A stretch of DNA of 28,122 bases from a virus. Lineage: Duplodnaviria; Caudoviricetes. The translations under genes were made by a program, and so were the position numbers. The stretch spans positions 1-28,122 of the IMG/VR virus record IMGVR_UViG_3300021356_000129. One strand, 5' to 3'. The notes below the pieces were generated by a model. It had not been told where the DNA came from. It ran no database searches and saw nothing but the letters and a program-made list of their open reading frames with translations. Below, piece by piece: positions 16,482 through 25,600 of this stretch; positions within the stretch are counted from its first letter, which is position 1; the number at the start of each line of letters is the position of its first letter.

Positions 16482-18017
16482 ATGGCATACCAAGGTATTA
16501 ATACTGGCACAACGCCAAATGATGGTACTGGTGACTCTCTAGTTGCTGGTGGTATAAAAATCAACAGTAACTTCACTGAGATTTATAGTCTCCTTGGTAA
16601 TGGTTCTACCTTGGTAAGTGGAATTGTATCTTCGATAATTGCAGGAACAAATATTACGGTTGATTCTTCAACTGGCGATGTAACAGTATCTGCACCAACC
16701 CCAGTCTCTATTGCAACCACTGACGTTGATATTTCGAGAAACCTCAAGGCTGCTGGGATCACGACCTTAGGAGTTACCACCACAACTTCACTTCTGACTT
16801 CTGGTATCACAACTCTTGCAAGTCAAGGTGGTGTGACTACAACTGGTGGTGATTTATATGTTGGTGGAGATTTGTATGTACAAGATGATGTTGTCTATGA
16901 TGAAGTAACTGGTAGAAATCTCACTATTACTGGTGTTGGTATAATTACTCATGTGTCTGCCACTACAATAAGTGCTAGTGGTATCGGAACTGTTCGCGAA
17001 TTGTACTTAGATGATGTTATAGTATTAACAAATGGAAGACAGCTTAAGAATATTACTTCGCTTGACGCAATTACAACAAATACGATTGAAACTACCATTG
17101 CAAATTCACCAAATAATTTTAGTGATTTAAATGTAACAGGTGTCACGACGACAGATACACTCAGAGTAGTGGGACTTGCTACAGTCGGTAGTTTCCAAAG
17201 TTATGGAGAATCATCATTTGATACTCATGTCACCATTGGTGGTTCTGTTTACGTTGGTTCTGGTTTAAGTGTAACTGGTATTTGCACTGCTCAATCTTAT
17301 CTTGGTGATGGTTCAAATCTTTCTGGTGTTGTAACAACTCTGACTGGTGCTGATGGTTCTGGTCTGACTGGTATTACTACATTAATTTCTGCTGGTAGTA
17401 ACATCACAGTCACAACAAGTGCTGGTATTACAACCATCTCATCAACAGGTGGTGTCGGTGTAGGTACTACAAACGTTAGTACAAATTCGTTGGTTGTCTC
17501 TGGGGTATCAACGTTAGGTGTGGTAACTGGAGCCACATATTATGGTGATGGATCAAACCTGACAGGTATTTCTGTTGGTGTCGGAACTACAGCAAATGTC
17601 AGTACAAATACTTTGGTCGTCTCTGGAGTTTCTACCGTAGGTGTAGTCACTGGAGCTACATATTATGGTAATGCATCTTATATCACACATTCCAAGTGGG
17701 ACCTTGGTGCAGATGGATCCACACACTATCTCTTTACGGGCCCAGCTGGATTAAGTTCTACAGCAGATCCAGTCATCTACTTGGCAAGAGGACAGAATTA
17801 CGAATTTGTCAATAATATGGGTGCTCATCCATTTGAAATTCGTTCTTCAAATGGCGGATCTGCATTCTCAACAGGTGTTACAAATAATGCAGTGTCTAAC
17901 GGAACTCTGAGATTTGAAGTTCCATTTAGTGCACCAAACTCATTGTACTATCAATGTACATCTCATGCTGGTATGGGTGGAACGATTGTCATCTATCCAA
18001 ACCTGTTTACGGTCTAA
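16482..18017 (+). CDS. fibre/appendage-like virion protein with gp9/gp10-type N-terminus and C-terminal cupredoxin-like domain, 511 aa
   Basis: N-terminal 'INTGTTPNDGTGDSL..GGIKINSNFTEIY' is the T4 gp9/gp10-type N-terminal motif. Gly/Thr/Ser/Val-rich shaft with GDGSxLTG motifs. C-terminal 'HPF...LYYQCTSHAGMGG'. Confidence 0.75.
   Translation: MAYQGINTGTTPNDGTGDSLVAGGIKINSNFTEIYSLLGNGSTLVSGIVSSIIAGTNITVDSSTGDVTVSAPTPVSIATTDVDISRNLKAAGITTLGVTTTTSLLTSGITTLASQGGVTTTGGDLYVGGDLYVQDDVVYDEVTGRNLTITGVGIITHVSATTISASGIGTVRELYLDDVIVLTNGRQLKNITSLDAITTNTIETTIANSPNNFSDLNVTGVTTTDTLRVVGLATVGSFQSYGESSFDTHVTIGGSVYVGSGLSVTGICTAQSYLGDGSNLSGVVTTLTGADGSGLTGITTLISAGSNITVTTSAGITTISSTGGVGVGTTNVSTNSLVVSGVSTLGVVTGATYYGDGSNLTGISVGVGTTANVSTNTLVVSGVSTVGVVTGATYYGNASYITHSKWDLGADGSTHYLFTGPAGLSSTADPVIYLARGQNYEFVNNMGAHPFEIRSSNGGSAFSTGVTNNAVSNGTLRFEVPFSAPNSLYYQCTSHAGMGGTIVIYPNLFTV
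17451..17676 (+). repeat. tandem ~40-aa duplication inside the fibre gene
   Basis: GVGVGTT-NVSTNSLVVSGVSTLGVVTGATYYGDGS (from 17451) versus SVGVGTTANVSTNTLVVSGVSTVGVVTGATYYGNAS (from 17571); the DNA differs mostly at synonymous positions. Confidence 0.85.
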
Positions 18018-18024
18018 ATTAACG

Positions 18025-18032
18025 TCTAAATA
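18025..18032 (+). promoter_or_regulatory. T4-type late promoter (TCTAAATA)
   Basis: TAAATA core in the short intergenic gap, 20 nt upstream of the gp8 ATG. Confidence 0.6.
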
Positions 18033-18052
18033 AGAAAAAAGTCCTCTAACAA

Positions 18053-19612
18053 ATGGCTGCGATAATTACTGATCAACTGCGTATTTTGAATGCGAAGAAT
18101 TTTGTAGATTCTGTACAAGATTCTTCTAATTCCTATTATGCTTGGATTGGTCTTCCAGATGCTCCTGAGTTTCAGAGTGATTGGAATACTACTCCTCCTG
18201 CACCAAAGGATAGTTTGGATGACTCCAATTATTATTGGGACACCATGTTGGCTCTTAAAAAGATCAATGGTGGTGATGTAAGTCAGGTTGTAAGAAAGAT
18301 TTCTTGGCAGTCAGGTACCACATATGATATGTGGAGAAATGATATTGATAGGGATAACCCGTCTCAACCATCTGGAGCATTTGATATCTATGACTCCAAC
18401 TTCTATGTAATGAATAGTGAGTTCAAGGTTTATATTTGTCTATTCAATAACGCAAATCCAGAGAATAGCTTTAGAGGTGGTCCTTCTCTTGATGAGCCTA
18501 ACTTTACTGACTTAGAACCAAGAGAAGCTGGAAGTAGTGGTGATGGTTATATTTGGAAATATCTTTATACTATCAAACCAAATCAAATTATTAAGTTTGA
18601 TTCGACAAATTATATTCCTGTTCCAACTGATTGGGACACAAATGCATCGTATCAATCAGTCAGAGAAAATGCAGGAACAAGTGGTCAGTTAAAAATTGTC
18701 ACGATTAGAAATCGTGGTGTTGGTATAGGAACAGCAAACGTAACCTATACGAGAGTTCCTATTCTTGGTGATGGTAGAGGTGGTGAAGCAACTGTTGTTA
18801 TCAATAATGACTCTAAGGTAGAATCTGTCACTGTCTCAAAGGGTGGTGAAGGATATTCATTCGGTACACTTGATCTCGAAAGAGGTGGTGTTCCTACAGG
18901 AACAATTGCTCCAGTATTTGATATAATCATTCCTCCTAATGGTGGTCATGGTGCTGACGTTTATCGTGAGTTAGGTGCATATAATGTTCTCTCTTATGCA
19001 AGATTTGAAAATGACACTCAAAACCCAGACTTTATCACTGGTAACCAGTTTGCACAAGTTGGTATTGTCAAGAATCCAAAGGCATATAATTCTACAACCA
19101 ATTTGACACTTGATAAAGCAAGTGCAGTATATGCATTGAAATTAGTTGGTACTGGATACAGTGAAGCAAAATTCACAGCAGATACTTTTGTTACCCAAAC
19201 TGTTGGTCTTGGTTCAACTGCTGTTGGTAGAGTTGTTTCATACGATCAACAAACTGGTATTTTAAAGTATTGGCAGGACAGAAGAACTGCTGGTTTCAAT
19301 ACTGATGGAACAAAACTTACTACACCTCAGTATGGATTCGAACAATTAAAGTTCACTGCAGACCCTGTATCTGGTGGTAGCGTAGATATTATTCCTACAT
19401 CTGGTAATACGCTTCAAATTGACGGCGCTTTTACGGGTGTCTCAACGGTAATAAATAATCGTACCTACTACCTGGGTCAGGACTTCATTAAAGGAGTCTC
19501 TAATCCAGAGTCTGACAAGTACTCTGGTGACATCATTTATGTTGACAACAGACCTTCAGTTACTAGATCAGCTTCACAGAAAGAAGACGTTAAAGTTATC
19601 TTGCAATTCTAA
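18053..19612 (+). CDS. gp8: baseplate wedge subunit gp8
   Basis: 'MAAIITDQLRILNAKNF', 'W.SGTTYDM', 'FYVMNSEFKVYICLFN', 'DGYIWKYLYTI' and C-terminal 'YSGDIIYVDNR...R...QKEDVKVILQF' match gp8 of T4-like cyanophages. Confidence 0.92.
   Translation: MAAIITDQLRILNAKNFVDSVQDSSNSYYAWIGLPDAPEFQSDWNTTPPAPKDSLDDSNYYWDTMLALKKINGGDVSQVVRKISWQSGTTYDMWRNDIDRDNPSQPSGAFDIYDSNFYVMNSEFKVYICLFNNANPENSFRGGPSLDEPNFTDLEPREAGSSGDGYIWKYLYTIKPNQIIKFDSTNYIPVPTDWDTNASYQSVRENAGTSGQLKIVTIRNRGVGIGTANVTYTRVPILGDGRGGEATVVINNDSKVESVTVSKGGEGYSFGTLDLERGGVPTGTIAPVFDIIIPPNGGHGADVYRELGAYNVLSYARFENDTQNPDFITGNQFAQVGIVKNPKAYNSTTNLTLDKASAVYALKLVGTGYSEAKFTADTFVTQTVGLGSTAVGRVVSYDQQTGILKYWQDRRTAGFNTDGTKLTTPQYGFEQLKFTADPVSGGSVDIIPTSGNTLQIDGAFTGVSTVINNRTYYLGQDFIKGVSNPESDKYSGDIIYVDNRPSVTRSASQKEDVKVILQF
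19450..19457 (+). promoter_or_regulatory. candidate internal late promoter (AATAAATA) in the gp8 3' end
   Basis: Same octamer as the intergenic late promoters, ~160 nt upstream of the 19618 gene, which has no intergenic space for its own promoter. Confidence 0.45.
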
Positions 19613-19617
19613 GAGAT

Positions 19618-22600
19618 ATGCCACAGGAAACTAATCTCAATGTCGCTCCGTATTTTGACGACTTTGATCCGCAATCGAATTACTATAAGGTTTTATTTAA
19701 ACCTGGTTTCCCAGTTCAAGCAAGAGAACTGACTGGCCTGCAGTCTATTCTGCAAAATCAAGTTGAACAAATGGGCAACCATTTCTTCAAAGAAGGTGCA
19801 AAGGTTATTCCTGGTGATACAACGTATATTAGAGATTATTATGGTATTCAAATTGAACCAGAATTCTTAGGTATTCCTGTTGGTATCTACCTTGATCAAA
19901 TTGTAGGTACTGTTATTACTGGTGCCACTTCTGGTGTCACTGCAAAAGTCGTAAAATATATTACTAATGAAGAGTCGGAGAGGGGTGTATATACTCTTTA
20001 TCTGAGTTACGAAAACTCTCCAACTTCTGATGAAGAAGTGAGTACTTTCTTGAGTGGAGAAATTTTATTAACAAGTAAAAATATTACATATGCATCAACC
20101 TTCATTTCAGCAAGTGAGGGTTTTGCAACTACTATTCCACAAAATGCACCGATTATTGGTTCATCATTTAATATTTCTGAAGGTGTCTATTTCTTAAGGG
20201 GTTACTTTGTTAACGTTAATGCTGAGACTCTTATTCTCGATCAATACAGTAATACACCTTCGTATAGAGTTGGTTTAAATGTTGTTGAAGAGATTATATC
20301 ATCAGATATTGATGAATCACTTGCAGATAACGCTCAAGGTTTTAATAATTACACTGCTCCTGGTGCAGATAGATTAAAAATTGGTACAAGTCTTGCCAAG
20401 AAATCGTTAGACAATTTTGAAGATGCAAATTTCGTTCAATTGTCCGAAATCAAGGACGGTATTCTTAGAGTAATAAACAAGAATACTGATTACAACTTTA
20501 TTGGTGATGAGTTTGCGAGAAGAACTTTTGATGAGTCAGGAGACTATTACGTTAGAGCATTCAGAACTTCGGTTAAAAATAGTCTTAATGATAATGAAGG
20601 AAATAGAGGTCTATTTCAAGAAGATCAATCCACCGATGATGGTACAATCCCAACCGAAGATCTTGGTATCTACAAAGTAAGTTCTGGTAAAGCATATATT
20701 AAAGGATATGAGGTTGAGACACTTGCTCCTGTTCTAGTAGATTTCCCAAAACCAAGATCAGTAAAGTCTGCTGAAAATCAAGCAATAAACTTTGGTTTTG
20801 GTCCTACTCTCACAGTAAATAGAGTTTATGGTTCTGCGAGTATCGGTATCAACACAGACGGAACATTAAGTTTAAGAAGCGAAAGGGTAGGTTCCGATCA
20901 ACTGGCTGCTGCTGGAAAAGAAATCGGTATTGCAAGAGTATATGATTTTGCCCTTGAGTCTGGTTCTTACGACTCAACTATTCCCAATATCAACCAATGG
21001 GACCTATCATTGTTTGATATTCAAACATATTCTGATATTTCATTAAACGAGGCTGTCACTCTTACGACATCGACCCACATTAAGGGTGAGTCAAGTGGTG
21101 CAACAGGATTCCTCAAGTACAATGTTTCTGCAGGGACAGCATTAACTGCATACAATGTCAATGGTAATTTCCATAAAGGTGAGAGACTCATCTTTAATGG
21201 TGTCTTGGATGATGCTCGATTCGTAACCAGTGACATCAATTATTCACTTGCAGACGTGAAGTCCGTTCACGGTATTGTAGGTGCTGCAAATACATTTAGT
21301 GGAGATCTTGTTCAAAAATCCATTAGGGATTTTGGTTCTGCAAATGTTGCCGCAGCAAGTGGTTCTCAGTCAAAGGTTTCTATCCCTGCTGATGCTGGAT
21401 TCACTTTTGTTGGTATTGTTACCGTAGGTAATATAGTTAGCTATTCTAGAAATTCACTGGATATTCAAAGTTTTGGTAGAGTTGTTGGTGTTGCAGCAAC
21501 AAATTTTGATATCGAAGCTGTTGAAACTGTAAATGGTGTATGTAATGGTGCACTTCCAACGTCATCCGAGACAGTTCAAAACTTAAAATTAGTCTCAACT
21601 AAAGCTTCTGGTGGTTCGGGATCTGGTAACCTTGCAAATAACGAGGCCTTATTCAGTATATTCCCCAAACAGAATATCGAATCAGTAAGTCTTGTAGGCT
21701 CTGATATTACAATCAGAAGACAATACACTACCAATATTTCAAATAATTCTACTGCCTCGATCACTGCGGGAGCTAATGAAGTATTCTTACCATTTGATGA
21801 AGAAAGATATACTCTTATAAGATCAGACGGTGCAACTGAAGTTTTAACAGAGGATAAGTTCTCTCTGACAAATGGATCAACAACTTTGACCATCAATGGT
21901 CTGGGTTCGAATGATTCGGGGTCACGATTGATTACTACTCTTAGAAAGAGTGATCTTAAATCAAAAGTTAAGACAAGAAGTATTTCAAAGGATCTTGTCA
22001 TTAACAAGTCAAGAGAAGCTGCTTCTGGTATTGGTTCTACAACCTTAGATGATGGTCTTGAATATGGAAACTATCCATATGGTACAAGAGTTCAGGATGA
22101 AGTAATTTCACTGAACGTACCAGATGTATATAAGATCTACGGTATTTTTGAATCTGAAGATTCCAATAATCCAGTTTGTCCTAGTATGACATTGGGACAA
22201 CTTGATGGTGAATCTTCGAATACTAATGATCTAATTGTAGGTGAAACTTTACTTGGTCAGACAAGTGGCGCAAAAGCAATACTCTTGTCAAAACTGGATG
22301 ATACCCAGATTGCTTTCACATACTTGAATGGTTCAACATTTGCTAATAATGAAATTATTAAGTTTGAAACTTCTAATGTAAATGGTGTTTCATCTGGCGT
22401 GCAAGTTGGTTCGAAAGAAATCACAAATGACTTTAAATTTGATAATGGTCAAAGACAAGCAATTTATGATTACTCTCGTATAGTAAGAAGAACTGATGTA
22501 CCAACACCTTCAAGAAGGATAAGAGTTTATTTTGCGTCTGCGGGATATCAAAATTCTGATGACGGTGATATTACCACAATTAGTTCTTATGAAGGATTTA

Positions 22601-25600
22601 ATTATGCCAAGGACATTGGTGTAGTTGGAGATTCTAGAGTCTCCGATATTATTGATGCAAGACCAAGAGTTACTGAATATTCAATCGCAGAAGGAGCAAA
22701 CTCTCCATTCGAATTTAGTGGAAGATCTTTTGCGGATGGCCAAAATGGAAGAACACATAGTTCATCACATATCATAGCATCTGACGAATCTTTAACTCTT
22801 GATTATACTTACTACTTAGGAAGAATTGATAGATTATACATCGACACACACGGAAAGTTAGGTTACATTACAGGTACAGCAGCAGACAATCCAAAGGCAC
22901 CTGATTCATTGAGCAATTCCATGAGCATTGCTACGGTATATCTACCACCTTTTCTTTATAATGTTTCTGACGCCAAAGTAACATTTATTGATCATAAGAG
23001 ATATCAGATGTCTGATATCGCCAAACTTGATCAAAGAATTTCTAATCTTGAGTATTATACATCTTTGAGTTTAATTGAAACTCAAACTTTGAATATGTTT
23101 GTTAGTGATGCTAATGGACTTAATAGATTTAAGTCTGGAATCTTTGTTGATAACTTCTCAACCCTAACACCTCAAGATACATCAGTTGGTATTAGAAATA
23201 GTGTTGCTAGAAAAAAAGGTATTTTGAGACCATCTCATTATACCACGGCACTCAATCTTCAGCTCGGTACTAATGCAATCAGTGGTGTCGGAACAACATC
23301 CAACACTAATCAAGACATTGAATTTGCGGATCCTGTAGGTGTTAATGTAAGAAGAACTGGTCAAGTTGTGACTCTTGATTATGAAGATGTTGAGTGGTTG
23401 CATCAACCATATGCCACGAGAGTGGAAAATGTTACACCATACTTGGTGCAATTCTATCAAGGAAATATTGAATTAACTCCAAATGCTGACGTATGGATTG
23501 ACACTACTTTGTTGGAAGTTAATTCTGTTCAAATGGAAGGTTCCTTCCAAGGAATTGCTGAAGCACTTGGTGCAGAAATCACCACAAATGCAGATGGTCA
23601 GAGTGTAGGTGTTACTCCAATCATTTGGAACTCCTGGGAAACGACTGGTGTCAACTTGGATATATCCTTGTCAAATGATGTCAATCAAAATACCACAACT
23701 TCTTCAAACACAGTATCTGGTAGCGGTAGTGGTAGTAGTGGAGGTGCATCTGCAAGTGTAGATGTTTCTCTTACTCAACAAACGACAACAACTACTACAA
23801 CAAATAATATCTCTGCAACAACATCAATTGGACTTGACCAACAAAGAAGTGGTCAACAGTTCACTGTTAATGAGAGTATTGATACTGAGTCACTGGGTAC
23901 TAATGTAATCAATACTGAGATCATCAACTTTATGAGGTCTCGTAATATTGCTTTTGATGGTAAAGCATTCAAACCATTTACTAGATTATATTCATTCTTT
24001 GATAGTGTTGATGTCAATAGATTCTGCACTCCAAAACTTATTGAAATTGAAATGATGCACGGTACATTTACCGTAGGAGAAAGTGTAGCAGGTACCATGC
24101 TTAACGGTGGTGCAGTTCCTCTCAATGCTGCTACAGTTCCAGCAATAACATTTAGAGTTGCTAATTCAAATCATAAGTTTGGTCCTTTTAACAATCCTAC
24201 CGATACTTACACATCAAACCCATATAATCGTGATGTTACTATTCCTGCAAATTATTCAGAATCATCTTCAACAATCAATATAGATCTTTTTAGTCTGCAG
24301 TCTCAGGAAACTCCACAATTTAATGGATTTATTGAAACTGATATGATCTTGACAGGTCAATCAAGTGGTGCTCAAGCAAGAGTAGTTAATAGGAGATTAC
24401 TGACCGACAATGTTGGTACTATACTTGGCACGTATTGTGTTCCACCTACTGGTAACCCAGCGAATCCAACATTTGAAACTGGTACAAACACACTAAGACT
24501 TACAAGTGACTCTATAAACACATCAATTGAAGGAATCGTCACTACTGCTGGTGAAGCACTCTTCTATTCACAAGGAACACTTCAAACAACTCAAGAGACT
24601 ACTTTGTCCTTGAGAAATGCAAGTGTCAACACACAAGACTTTACTCAGACACGAATCATTGGTGATAGCGCAACCTCAAATACAATTCAAGTTATTTCAA
24701 CAGATACAAATACCACAGTTACAGGTGTTGACGCTGATGTAAGTATTGACGTTCCACAGCCACGTGGCGGCGGTGGCGGTGGCGGTCGTGAACGCCGTGA
24801 AAGAAGAGAAAGAAGAGAGAGAAGAGAAGGTGAAAGAGAAGCGATTCGTATACCTGAGGTCCGAAACCCACCTTTTCAGCCTGACCCACTTGCTCAGACA
24901 TTTGTTGTTGACGATGAATCGGGTATCTACATTACGAAGGTTGATTTCTTCTTTAGAACCAAGGGAGAAAATGCTCCAGTTACATTTGAACTGAGAGAAA
25001 CAAATCTTGGTACACCAAGTTCCAAAATTCTTCCTTTCTCACAGTTAAATCTTGATCCAGATCAGGTAAACCTCAGTGATGATGGTACAGTCCCAACAAC
25101 TTTCACCTTACCAGCACCAGTATATCTTGAGGGAGGGAAAGAATATGCAATGGTATTGAAGTCTCACTCTACAGACTACACTGTTTACATCAGTAGACTT
25201 GGAGAAGCAGACATCACATCACTGGGTGGTAATGAGTCTGATCAGGTTATTGTTACAGAACAGCCTTTACTTGGTTCATTGTTCAAATCACAAAATGCTT
25301 CTGTTTGGACACCAAGTCAATATGAAGATCTTAAGTTCAGAATGTATAGAGCAGATTTTGCTGCAACTGGTACTGTTAACTTCTTCAACCCAGTATTACC
25401 AGAATCTCTTGGTGTAATTGATCCTAATGGTCTTACACTTGAACCAAGACAAATCAGAGTTGGACTTGGTACAACTGTCAATGATGCTAGTGTACCTGAA
25501 AGACTAACACTTGGTAATACCGTCAAACAGTTAAGTATTGGAGCAAAAGGTACTCTTGTCGCTTTAGCTGGTTCTGCAACAGGTGATCTTTCACTGACAA

